From NCBI RefSeq assembly GCF_024691275.1, contig NZ_JAILNU010000075.1, positions 36,715 to 100,714 of the forward strand: a DNA stretch of 64,000 nt. Reading direction: 5' to 3'. Positions 1-8,751 of the stretch are shown here, in pieces (the first letter of the stretch is position 1; every line of letters starts with the position of its first letter). This DNA is from Ruminococcus sp. (GTDB lineage: Bacteria; Bacillota; Clostridia; Oscillospirales; Ruminococcaceae). A model generated the notes under the pieces. The model made no database searches. It was not told the origin of the DNA and was given only the letters and a program-made list of their open reading frames with translations. The translations under genes were made by a program, and so were the position numbers.

Positions 1-2
1 TG

Positions 3-284
3 GTGGCGGGGATACTCTACGGTCTTGGCGAGAATTATTCTCACGAGGAAAAGACTGAGCATTACAAGCGCATACAGGAGCTTGCTGACTGTTTCAGGGA
101 AAAGCACGGCACTATAGTCTGTCGTGAGCTCTTAAAGGAGCTGAGCGTGACCTCTGCTCCCGAGCCCGAAAAACGCACCGAGCAGTATTACAAGGTACGT
201 CCATGCATAAGATTCGTACGCACGGCAGCAGAGATACTCGACAGCTACATTGCGGAAAATCCGCCGAAATGTCTGAATAAGTAA
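3..284 (+). CDS. C_GCAxxG_C_C family protein, C-terminal fragment (5' end outside window)
   Basis: ORF is open at the window edge. C-terminal CRELL...RPCIRFVRTAAEIL parallels CRELK...SCRGCVTDAAEIL of the paralog at 5354-5725. Confidence 0.6.
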   Translation: MAGILYGLGENYSHEEKTEHYKRIQELADCFREKHGTIVCRELLKELSVTSAPEPEKRTEQYYKVRPCIRFVRTAAEILDSYIAENPPKCLNK

Positions 285-336
285 ATACCCAAAGCTTTTT
301 TTAGTATATTTGTAAATATTGTTCACATTTTAGATA

Positions 337-365
337 TTGAAAAATTGCAGTATTTGGTGTATAAT
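337..365 (+). promoter_or_regulatory. sigma-A type promoter for the GGDEF gene
   Basis: TTGAAA (337-342), 17-nt spacer, TATAAT (360-365), about 40 nt upstream of the start codon. Confidence 0.5.
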
Positions 366-402
366 AAATGGTAATACAACTTGAAGGGAAGTGATAATAA
401 AC

Positions 403-1518
403 ATGGGTTCCCGAAATGACACGTATTTCCTCAGAGAATTCGTTGCCAGCCACAAGCAGATATTTGGCAAATCAAATGAAAAGTTTATATATTCATTCAG
501 TAATATAGCCTGTTTATGTACACATATTGCGTACCTGATAATGTTCTATATACTTCAGGTCAAAGAACTTGTTATATTCAATATATTCAGTGTTCTTTTT
601 TATTTTACGCTCTTTGTTGTCATACGTTTAGGAAAGGGCGGTGCAGCACTGCTGTATCTTGCGGATATCGAAGTTATCGTTCACGCCGCATTTGCCACGC
701 ATTTTCTTGGGTGGCAGCCCGACTTTGCGATGTTCTTTATTCTGATAATCCCCGCAACGTTCCTGACGTATACGCAGAAGATATATATCCCGTTCATTAT
801 CTCGGCGGTATCTATGGGACTGTTCCTGTATTATAAGGTCACCATGGATTACAATGCCGATGTAAAATATGTATTCGAAGATAATGACGTAATAAAGGCG
901 ATACAGATAACAAACGCAGTCATCGGAGTTTTCGTGATGATGGTAGCAGGCGTATCAAATATCTTTATCCGTGAGTATAAGGAGTTCCAGCTGGTGGACC
1001 AGCGTGAGGAATTCAAGGAGCAGGCTTCAAAGGATCCGCTTACTCATCTGTTCAACCGCCGTGCCATGACTGAGCATATACGCAATATCAGAAGGGATTG
1101 TTCTCCACAAAGCCAGTACGTGATCGGTATCGGAGATATTGACAACTTCAAGAGGATAAACGATACCTACGGACACGATGTAGGCGATAAGGTGCTCGTT
1201 TATGTATCGAATCAGTTCATAAACTTTATCCCTGACGGCGGTTATGCCGCAAGATGGGGCGGTGAGGAGTTCCTCTTTGTAATACCAAATGCAAGCATAG
1301 AAAAGGGCGTTTCATTTACAGAGCAGATACATAAAATGCTTCGTTCTCATGTTTTTGAGATAGACGATGTTGAATTCGGAGTTACCATGACCTTCGGTGT
1401 AAGCAAGGGTATACCGGTCGACAAAATAGACAACGTAATAACAGCAGCCGATAAACTCCTTTACAGGGGCAAGAACAACGGCAAGAACCACACAGAATAT
1501 ATAGATGAAAGGACGTGA
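403..1518 (+). CDS. membrane-bound diguanylate cyclase (multi-TM N-terminus + GGDEF domain)
   Basis: Hydrophobic ~190-aa N-terminus with several TM segments, then GGDEF-domain motifs DPLTHLFNRR, DIDNFKRINDTYGH and active-site RWGGEEF. ATG 403 is preferred over the in-frame GTG 391. Confidence 0.85.
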   Translation: MGSRNDTYFLREFVASHKQIFGKSNEKFIYSFSNIACLCTHIAYLIMFYILQVKELVIFNIFSVLFYFTLFVVIRLGKGGAALLYLADIEVIVHAAFATHFLGWQPDFAMFFILIIPATFLTYTQKIYIPFIISAVSMGLFLYYKVTMDYNADVKYVFEDNDVIKAIQITNAVIGVFVMMVAGVSNIFIREYKEFQLVDQREEFKEQASKDPLTHLFNRRAMTEHIRNIRRDCSPQSQYVIGIGDIDNFKRINDTYGHDVGDKVLVYVSNQFINFIPDGGYAARWGGEEFLFVIPNASIEKGVSFTEQIHKMLRSHVFEIDDVEFGVTMTFGVSKGIPVDKIDNVITAADKLLYRGKNNGKNHTEYIDERT

Positions 1519-1536
1519 ACTATCACGTCCTTTTTT
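1510..1536 (+). terminator. intrinsic terminator of the GGDEF gene
   Basis: AGGACGTGA / TCACGTCCT stem with a 4-nt loop, followed by TTTTTT. It overlaps the stop codon. Confidence 0.75.
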
Positions 1537-1583
1537 ATATGCTTCCAAAGCAGGGCGGCAGCTGATGCCCTTATTTCACTGTG

Positions 1584-1618
1584 AAAAGGCGAACGGACTT
1601 CCGCAAAGGGAAGCCCGT
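1584..1618 (-). terminator. probable intrinsic terminator of the GH44 gene
   Basis: On the minus strand, ACGGGCUUCC / GGAAGUCCGU form a 10-bp stem (one G-U pair). A short U-run follows after a 5-nt gap. Confidence 0.45.
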
Positions 1619-1669
1619 TAAACTTTAGAAATAGAAGATGTCGTTTTGGGATAAAGAGGTAAATGGAAA

Positions 1670-4114
1670 TTATTCCTTTATCTCAGCAGGGAGCTTGTCT
1701 ATAAGCTTGAGCAGATAGAGCTGTATTGCCAGCGCATCGTTGTTTGTAACGCCGTCGCCAACGTTGCAGCAGTCTGCATTCTTGAGTCCCTTGTCGGTGA
1801 TATGGTGCTCATCGGTACCATTCAAGCCGTATTTATTTGGATTAGCCAGCTCCTGCATTATCATTACTGCGTCTGAAAGGTCTACGCCGCCGTCAGCGTT
1901 TGCGTCGCCGAATAAAACATCTCCGCCGCCGACTGTAGTAGTTGTCGCAGAAGCAGTTGTTGTGGTGCTGTTACTGGCTGTAGTCGTAGCTGTAGTCGTG
2001 GTAGTTGTTGTAACTGACGGAGCTTCGCCCTGTGCGTACTCATAAACTACCTGTATGCTTGAATACTTGACCTCTATCTTGTCCTCAGCGGCAGCCTCGC
2101 TCTTTTCGGAAGCGTCCCACCACTTCTGAAGCTCTATCTTGCCGTCGGCAATAGTTGCTTCGAGGTCCTCCGAGACCTTGTCGGCGCCCTCGCCTGTTGT
2201 CTTTGTGAGTATGCCGTCAAACTTTACGGTAGCGGAGACCTTATTGCCCAGAGGCATTGAGTAGTCCTTGTAGGTCCAGAAGCCCTCGCCGTCCTTTGAA
2301 ACAGCGTTCATGCAGACTGCACAGCCTGCTGTAGCCCAGCTTGAACCTGCGCTTGATGTTACAGCGCCGTTGATAACGATCTTTGAGAGATGCTTTGCGT
2401 CCTCGATAGGAACTACTACGAAGCCCTTGTCGTTGGTCAGCTTCTCGATATCTGTGTATTCCTTTGTAACGAGGTCGGTCTTTGTTTCCTCATAGGTCTT
2501 GAGGTCGCTGAAAGCGTCAGCCTTGTCGGAAACGACTACCATAGCTGCTGAGAAGGCAGGGAGGTCAACGCTTACGCTGTTATCCTTTACGTCATTGATG
2601 ATGTCGATGAGCTTTATCTGCTCGTCGTCGCCGAAGATAGCGTAAACAGCTGCGGACTTGTAATCCTTTTCAGCGTTTTTGAGGTCGATGACAGCGTTTT
2701 CCTTTTCTGTCATATTCTTGTTGGTGACCATAACAGTGACCTTTGAGTCGTCCTTAGCGTTTACAGCAGCATATGTGCTTGACTTTGAAACGTCCTCGGT
2801 CTTTGCAGGGATAAGGGTATCGCCGAAGCTGCCGCCCTTTCCGTCATAGTTTGTGTAAAGGTTGATACCTGATACGATGAAAGGCTCGCCGCCCCATAGT
2901 GTAGCGAAGTATACGCCGTGGTCAGCATAGCAGCCCAGAGCCTCGACCTGTGCGATAGTACCTGATGTATCATCTCCGCCGCCGAAGTTGTACTCTGAGA
3001 TACCAAGCTTTGTGCCCGGGTAGTATTTATCTATTGATGCCTGAATAGTCGGAAGTATCGGCACATTCTCCATGCACCACTGACCTATCCAGCTGTTCTC
3101 GGAGAAGCCCTTTTCGTAGAGTGTACGAACTGACTGAACTCTGTCCTCTGCGCCCTTACGTGCTGATTCTGAATAGTAGTGTATATCAAGAACATCAAGG
3201 AGTCTTGTGCCTGCCTCCTCAGAAGCCTTGTGCATATCGTCAAGGTAGCTGTCAAGATACCAGTGATAGTTGTTTTCAGCCTTTACCTTTTCCCATTCGT
3301 CGTGCTGATCGTCGTCATCAAGGTGATCAAAGGCTGTATATCCGTACAGTGCAGGACCGAATACCTCGGCATTCGGATCGAGCTTTTTGACATTTTTAGC
3401 CATTTCGATGGACTTTGTCCTGAGCTCCTCGATAGTAACAGGCTCGGGGTGCATTCTGCTGTGAGTGTCGTTCCAGAGAACAGGCTCGTTGTCGAGGCTG
3501 TAGCCCTGTATACCTGTTGCTGACTTTGAGTCGCCAAGCTTCTTGATGATGTAGTTTACGTACTCGTCCATGTAGACTACGCCGTCTGTGAGGTCAGGAG
3601 TATCAGCGAAGTCTGAGCCCTTTGTGAGGACTATCTTGTTCCAGCGGTCTGAGGGAGCTTTTTCCTCCTCACTGACAGGACCGTTCTTATCAGCGGAAAC
3701 ATAGCCTGCAAGCTGGAGTGTCGTCAGCTTATAGCCTACATTGTACTTAGCTGCGTCCTTTGAGAGGACCTGTACGCAGTCAGCAGGATCATCGGATTCA
3801 GAGAGGTTGGTATCAGAGCTGTGTTTCCAGTCGGAGCCTGCGTTGGAAGCGTTGGTCTCCCAGTTGTATGCTGTCATACGGTTTCCGCCCTGACGGACTG
3901 AATTGGTCTTTACGTCCTTGAGGGAAGTTGTATACTGGTTCACGCCATAGATGAGAGGGGATATTTCCTTTCTTTCGCCCTTGAGGTCAACGGTTATCTT
4001 CATGTCATAGCCGTCAGCTGCATTAACGGCTGTCTGAGGTATGCCGTTCATGGGCGCTGTGAGTGTACAGCCTGTAACAACGCAGGCTGCAAGAAACGCT
4101 GCTGTTTTTTTCAT
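1670..4114 (-). CDS. GH44 endoglucanase/xyloglucanase with C-terminal dockerin (cellulosomal enzyme)
   Basis: Signal peptide. GNRMTAYNWETNASNAGSDW block typical of GH44. Thr-rich linker (TTTTTTTATTTASNSTTTTASATTTT). Duplicated dockerin segments GDANADGGVDLSDAVMI and NVGDGVTNNDALAI. Confidence 0.8.
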   Translation of the reverse strand: MKKTAAFLAACVVTGCTLTAPMNGIPQTAVNAADGYDMKITVDLKGERKEISPLIYGVNQYTTSLKDVKTNSVRQGGNRMTAYNWETNASNAGSDWKHSSDTNLSESDDPADCVQVLSKDAAKYNVGYKLTTLQLAGYVSADKNGPVSEEEKAPSDRWNKIVLTKGSDFADTPDLTDGVVYMDEYVNYIIKKLGDSKSATGIQGYSLDNEPVLWNDTHSRMHPEPVTIEELRTKSIEMAKNVKKLDPNAEVFGPALYGYTAFDHLDDDDQHDEWEKVKAENNYHWYLDSYLDDMHKASEEAGTRLLDVLDIHYYSESARKGAEDRVQSVRTLYEKGFSENSWIGQWCMENVPILPTIQASIDKYYPGTKLGISEYNFGGGDDTSGTIAQVEALGCYADHGVYFATLWGGEPFIVSGINLYTNYDGKGGSFGDTLIPAKTEDVSKSSTYAAVNAKDDSKVTVMVTNKNMTEKENAVIDLKNAEKDYKSAAVYAIFGDDEQIKLIDIINDVKDNSVSVDLPAFSAAMVVVSDKADAFSDLKTYEETKTDLVTKEYTDIEKLTNDKGFVVVPIEDAKHLSKIVINGAVTSSAGSSWATAGCAVCMNAVSKDGEGFWTYKDYSMPLGNKVSATVKFDGILTKTTGEGADKVSEDLEATIADGKIELQKWWDASEKSEAAAEDKIEVKYSSIQVVYEYAQGEAPSVTTTTTTTATTTASNSTTTTASATTTTVGGGDVLFGDANADGGVDLSDAVMIMQELANPNKYGLNGTDEHHITDKGLKNADCCNVGDGVTNNDALAIQLYLLKLIDKLPAEIKE

Positions 4115-4170
4115 GTATTTTCCTCCTTATTTTATCCGCTGCAGTGCAGGACAGCGGAGTATGACTTGGA

Positions 4171-5067
4171 TTATAGTTCGCCTTCGCTCCACCACGGCAC
4201 CTGTGGGACTACCTCGTCCTGTTCGCCGTTCTCGCGTCTGAAAGCTCCCTGTGACCACTCCTCAACATTTGGATCCATATACTTCAGGTAGTTGGTAATG
4301 GTCTTTGCAAGGACAAGTATCAGTGTCAGCGGTATCTGGTGGGTATAGCCGTAGAGTATTACGGGAAGGTCGTTTATATCGGCGGAAACTCGCCATACAA
4401 GTCCGAAGCGGTCGAGCCTGTCGATGATGTGCTGGACCTTTGCAGACGGTATTTCCAGCTTTTCCGATATCATTGCCACCGAGAACATCTTGTTCCTGAC
4501 GCTTGCGCCTAAGTAGCTGATAATGCTGATAGCGTCATCGTCGGCAAGGGTATTGAAAAGCCTTATCATATTCGTTGTGTCACCAAAGTAGGAATTCACG
4601 CCGTTTTCGGGTATCTCTAAAAAGCAGAAGTAACGCAGGTCCTCGCTGATACGCGACAGTGCTAACTCACGGTCAGTTTTGAGACCTGCGTAGGTCTCAT
4701 GCTCGTAGCTTTCCCTTAACCTGCCTACTGTATCGGTGTTGGGATTGCAGGCACAAAGTGAGGAGTACATGATGCGCATGAACTTTTCCGAGCGCTTTTC
4801 AGGGGGAGTTGTACGCAGCTCGTCGTCAACGAGCTGTTCGATGTCCCGCTGGCTGTCTGTTATCTTTACGCCGAACAGGGAATCAAGAGAGGTATTAAGC
4901 TCCTTAGCAAGCTGTGGAAGGAGCTCGCCGTCGGGGTAGCTGGAATTTTCCCACTTGGAAACAGCCTGAGGGGAAACATTCATACGCGAAGCAAGCTGTT
5001 CCTGAGTAAGTCCAAGCTCCTTACGGCGTTTGACGAGATTTATCCTGAAAACGCTTTTTTTGTCCAT
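4171..5067 (-). CDS. XRE-family transcriptional regulator with an additional C-terminal winged-helix-like region
   Basis: N-terminal HTH_3 (RRKELGLTQEQLASRMNVSPQAVSKWE). The C-terminal part has a second HTH-like stretch (MISEKLEIPSAKVQHIIDRLDRFGLV). Confidence 0.75.
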   Translation of the reverse strand: MDKKSVFRINLVKRRKELGLTQEQLASRMNVSPQAVSKWENSSYPDGELLPQLAKELNTSLDSLFGVKITDSQRDIEQLVDDELRTTPPEKRSEKFMRIMYSSLCACNPNTDTVGRLRESYEHETYAGLKTDRELALSRISEDLRYFCFLEIPENGVNSYFGDTTNMIRLFNTLADDDAISIISYLGASVRNKMFSVAMISEKLEIPSAKVQHIIDRLDRFGLVWRVSADINDLPVILYGYTHQIPLTLILVLAKTITNYLKYMDPNVEEWSQGAFRRENGEQDEVVPQVPWWSEGEL

Positions 5068-5273
5068 GTTGCACCTCCCTCTCTGTGCTTTCTACAATCT
5101 ATTGTATCACCACTTGCAGTTGAGTTCAAGCGAATAAAAATAGATAAATATAAACCATTGGTTGAATTTGTAATAAGAATCATTCAAAATGCAGAGCGAA
5201 ACAGTTATATTTCTTTTCAAATTCAAATATCAGTTAATTTTTGTGTCGGATTATAACTTTCGTTGAATAAAAA

Positions 5274-5346
5274 CCCCGAAAACAGTGATAAGGGTTCGTA
5301 ATACTTAATATATAAGCATCACGGCAGATTATCACCGTTTTCGGGG
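5274..5346 (-). terminator. long inverted repeat / probable terminator downstream of the C_GCAxxG gene
   Basis: 18-nt arms CCCCGAAAACAGTGATAA (5274-5291) and TTATCACCGTTTTCGGGG (5329-5346), 17/18 complementary. A/T runs flank both sides. Confidence 0.5.
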
Positions 5347-5353
5347 GAGTTTT

Positions 5354-5725
5354 TTAATATTCCGAGCACATTCTTTCGAGTATCTCGGCGGCGTCGGTTA
5401 CGCAGCCTCTGCACGAACGCAGGGGAGAACCTGTGAGAGCACCTTTAAGCTCGCGGCATAATACCGAGCGGTTCAAGGCTGTGAATTCCTTTTCCAAAGC
5501 AGCGCATTTTTCGTCGGCTTTGTCGGGAAAGCGCTTTGAGAGCACATATTCCGCTGCAAGAACAGCTCCGCATTTGCCCATTCTGCCGCCTGCAAAGGGC
5601 GCAGCGACGGCTTTTGCCTCCTGCTCGCTTATGCCTGCTTCCTCTGCAAAGGCACAGAGCACAGCGGCAGAGCAGCTGTAGAAACGCTTGTGGTTCTCGA
5701 CCGCCTTATTTGCTTTTTCTGACAT
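5354..5725 (-). CDS. C_GCAxxG_C_C family protein
   Basis: YSCSAAVLCAF and GKCGAVLAAEY Cys motifs with a C-terminal CRELK...CRGC. ATG at 5725 is preceded by GAGGAGG. The upstream ORF stops at 5727. Confidence 0.7.
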   Translation of the reverse strand: MSEKANKAVENHKRFYSCSAAVLCAFAEEAGISEQEAKAVAAPFAGGRMGKCGAVLAAEYVLSKRFPDKADEKCAALEKEFTALNRSVLCRELKGALTGSPLRSCRGCVTDAAEILERMCSEY

Positions 5726-5726
5726 A

Positions 5727-5918
5727 TCAGACCTCCTCAAGCAGCAGTGTGCTGCCTTTTTTCAGCTGATTCTCTGTGAGAAAGCTGTCTGCAAGCCTGA
5801 TATGCTTTTCAAAGCCGCTTTCGTCACGGATAAGCACAGTACACATGAGCTCCTCACCCTCGGGGATACCCTCACAGCCGTAATCCTCTTCAAATATATT
5901 GATAATTTCGTATCTCAT
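5727..5918 (-). CDS. small hypothetical protein (63 aa)
   Basis: ATG at 5918 with RBS GGAGGAA. Its stop lies 1 nt before the start of the next gene, which suggests translational coupling. No family recognised. Confidence 0.45.
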   Translation of the reverse strand: MRYEIINIFEEDYGCEGIPEGEELMCTVLIRDESGFEKHIRLADSFLTENQLKKGSTLLLEEV

Positions 5919-5988
5919 GGTATTCCTCCGTTTTTCGGATATTATGAGAATATTATATATCAATACGGCTGATTTGTCAAATTTACGG

Positions 5989-7734
5989 TCAGAACTCAAT
6001 AGCCGCAGTAAACCTCTTATCCTTGCAGTTTATCTTGACTTTAAAGCCGTTCTGTGCGGCAGCTGAGGAGGCTATTGCGAGCCCCAGACCGCTGCTGGTC
6101 TTGTCGCTTCTTGCCTTGTCGCCCTTGACGAATGGCATGAGCAGGTCATTTGTATCAACGTTCTCAGCGGCATCATTGACAACGGTAAAATGCTTTTTAT
6201 CGGCGGTTATTCTTATTTCTCCGCCGTCACGGGTGTATTTTACAGCGTTGGAGATGAGGTTCTCGACAGCAGCCATAAGAGTATCCTCGTCGGCAGTAAT
6301 TTCAGCTCCGCCCTCTATTTTAAGGTTTATGCTCCTCTCCTCAAGGATGGTACGGTATTTCTCTGCGGACCTCTCGGCAAGAGACTTTATATCGACTTTC
6401 TTTCTGTTCAGTTTCTTTATCTGTTCTGTTTCGCTCAGCTTCAGCGTTTTAGCGATCATGTCATCGGTGTATGAGACATTCTGCATTATTGAGGCGAGGT
6501 ATTTAAGCTCCTTCTCATCGCCGCAGTCCTTTCGCATTTCCATGAGATTTTCCGCATAGCCGCCTATGACCGCAAGTGGAGTTTTCAGGTCGTGGGCGAG
6601 GTTGTTGGTGAGAGCTCTCTGGTAGTCCTCGAAGGCGTACTGAGCCTTGTTTTTGGCGTTTCTGATAATTGAGAGAACCAGAGCGATAAGTGTGGAAATG
6701 ATAAATACTATGGCTGTTATGAGAATGTATTTTCTTACAGCGTGTCTGTTCATAAGGTTGATACGGGTAATGCTGATACAGCCGCTTGCGCCGTATTTAT
6801 TTTCAGCGAGGTCTTCTTTGTGGTAGAAATCATTGGTGTTATCACCATTTCCCTTCATTCCTGATGTGTATTTTTCGGTTTTTACGACCTCGTCGTATTG
6901 ACGGCTTATTTCGTCGAAGGTTACAGGATCAACGCCCCATATTGAGAAAAAGTTGGCACTGGGATAATCGTCAGGTGAATTTCTGTCAGCTAATTCTATG
7001 AGCTTAAAGCCCTCCTCATCGGTGTTTATGACGATATTCTTAGTTCCTATGGAATCGTGTTCTGTTTCGTAAATACTATTTGGCATGAAAACACTGTATT
7101 TATCCTTTATTATTTCGAACTCATGGGGGATCATCTGGTTGGTCTCCTCGTTGAGATAAAGGCTTTTCAGATGAAATTCATAGCTGATATTGTTTTCTTT
7201 CGTGTCCTTGAAGTATTCTGCAAACAGCTCATTCAGCTCGGGAATATCAAACTCCTCGGGATCGAATTTACAGTAGCGCCTTCCGTCATCTTCGGCGCTG
7301 TATCTGAGGATCACCCACATTTTAGCTCTGTTTGACATAATGATATTTCCGTCGCTGTCAAATACCCATTTTGCGCTTGCGCTTTTGGGATCGTCATAGG
7401 TAGTACCCATGACGTACTGTCCTGCGCCTGTGTTGAAGAATATTCCGTCTGTGGAGATGACTCTTGATGCGCTTACACACATTGGGAACTCAATAGGTCT
7501 GTTCCATGCCTTTTCGGGAGTGTCACCCTTTTCTACCCAGTTGACTAAATTGTTGAAATCCGTGTTATTCTGTGCTTCGGTACGTGACTGTATATAGCTG
7601 TGACCGAGGGGGAATATGTTGAAACCTACGAATGCCGTGATAAATATCGGCAGTATCATTGCTTTGGCAAATAATTTTAAAAAGGTGGTGCGTTTTGGCT
7701 TGTGTCTGAATAATTTATCTTTCATTCTGCTCAC
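5989..7734 (-). CDS. sensor histidine kinase with a large (~290 aa) extracytoplasmic domain
   Basis: Two TM segments flank an unassigned ectodomain. HisKA H-box NLAHDLKTPLAVI. HATPase motifs NLISNAVKYT and SGLGLAIA. 4-nt overlap with the upstream response-regulator gene. Confidence 0.85.
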   Translation of the reverse strand: MSRMKDKLFRHKPKRTTFLKLFAKAMILPIFITAFVGFNIFPLGHSYIQSRTEAQNNTDFNNLVNWVEKGDTPEKAWNRPIEFPMCVSASRVISTDGIFFNTGAGQYVMGTTYDDPKSASAKWVFDSDGNIIMSNRAKMWVILRYSAEDDGRRYCKFDPEEFDIPELNELFAEYFKDTKENNISYEFHLKSLYLNEETNQMIPHEFEIIKDKYSVFMPNSIYETEHDSIGTKNIVINTDEEGFKLIELADRNSPDDYPSANFFSIWGVDPVTFDEISRQYDEVVKTEKYTSGMKGNGDNTNDFYHKEDLAENKYGASGCISITRINLMNRHAVRKYILITAIVFIISTLIALVLSIIRNAKNKAQYAFEDYQRALTNNLAHDLKTPLAVIGGYAENLMEMRKDCGDEKELKYLASIMQNVSYTDDMIAKTLKLSETEQIKKLNRKKVDIKSLAERSAEKYRTILEERSINLKIEGGAEITADEDTLMAAVENLISNAVKYTRDGGEIRITADKKHFTVVNDAAENVDTNDLLMPFVKGDKARSDKTSSGLGLAIASSAAAQNGFKVKINCKDKRFTAAIEF

Positions 7735-8405
7735 TCCTTTGTCAGCTTATACCCTCGTCCCACAAGCGTTTTTATCTGGCTTCCTGCGCTGCCGAGGGCT
7801 TTTCTCAGTTTCTTTATATGGTTATCCACCACGCGGTCGCTTCCGAAGTAGTCGTAGCCCCACACTTTATCAAGGAGGGTGTCACGTGTTACAGCCCAGT
7901 TCTCATGCTCTAAGAGATAGCGCAGGATAGCGAACTCCTTCGGGGGAAGCTCGATCTCCGCACCGTCTGCAAAGCAGCGGAGAGTCCTTGTGTCAAGGCT
8001 TATCTTACCGCAGGTGAGGGTGTGCTTTATGTCGGAGCTGACAGCACGGCGCACTAAGGCTTCACACTTGCTGTACAGCACCGAGAGCAGAAAGGGCTTT
8101 ACGATATAGTCGTCACAGCCAAGATCATAGCCGCTGAGTATGTCCTCCTCGCAGCCGCGGGCAGTGATGAATATAACGGGAATGTCGCTTCTCGTGCGCA
8201 GCTGTCTGCACAGGGTAAAGCCGTCGGTCCCGGGCAGCATTATGTCTAAGAGCACCAATGCATAGCTGTCTAAGCCGCTTCTGATGATGTCAGATGCTTC
8301 GCCGCCGCTGTTCACAACAGTCATCGATGTACCCTTATTTTCAAAATAGTTACGAATGACCTCACATATATCGAGGTCGTCCTCAACGAGAAGAATCTTA
8401 TCCAT
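7731..8405 (-). CDS. OmpR-family response regulator
   Basis: Receiver domain (ILLVEDD, LLDIMLPGTDG, KPF) plus a winged-helix C-terminus (RVVDNHIKKLRKAL, GRGYKL). Confidence 0.9.
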   Translation of the reverse strand: MDKILLVEDDLDICEVIRNYFENKGTSMTVVNSGGEASDIIRSGLDSYALVLLDIMLPGTDGFTLCRQLRTRSDIPVIFITARGCEEDILSGYDLGCDDYIVKPFLLSVLYSKCEALVRRAVSSDIKHTLTCGKISLDTRTLRCFADGAEIELPPKEFAILRYLLEHENWAVTRDTLLDKVWGYDYFGSDRVVDNHIKKLRKALGSAGSQIKTLVGRGYKLTKE

Positions 8406-8561
8406 AGCACGTGCTCCCTTAATGTTCTGAGCTTATTATAGCTCTGAGGTGTATCCTTTGTGTGTCCTTGCGGAGTTTTTTGTGTGACTTTTGGTCATAC
8501 CAATTTAAAATGCACATATCAAATATTGTGATTCTATTATAACCATAATATATAAAGATGT

Positions 8562-8654
8562 CAATTTTTGAATACTATTTGAATAAAATAATAACAATTT
8601 TTGAATAAAATCGCAATTTTTGGTTTACATTAAACTTTTATTCACAATTTTTAG
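8562..8654. promoter_or_regulatory. phased AT-rich direct repeats (candidate response-regulator boxes) upstream of the GH11-like gene
   Basis: TTTGAATA occurs at 8567, 8578 and 8600 (11- and 22-nt phasing). CAATTTTTGAATA is identical at 8562-8574 and 8595-8607, with partial copies at 8614 and 8645. A weak promoter follows: TTGTAT (8656-8661), 17-nt spacer, TATAAT (8679-8684). Confidence 0.4.
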
Positions 8655-8751
8655 CTTGTATTTTTTGTGAATTTATTATATAATTTAGTTATAAATCCCC
8701 GATCGGCTCATGTTTTTAGTTGATTATACAGAAAAGGGGGAGTTTAAAACC

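Noticed and set aside
6023-6559. 178-aa plus-strand ORF inside the histidine kinase gene, and 11196-11684 inside PPK2
   Set aside because: Antisense to genes with clear catalytic motifs. Their translations are Ser/Phe/Leu-rich low complexity.
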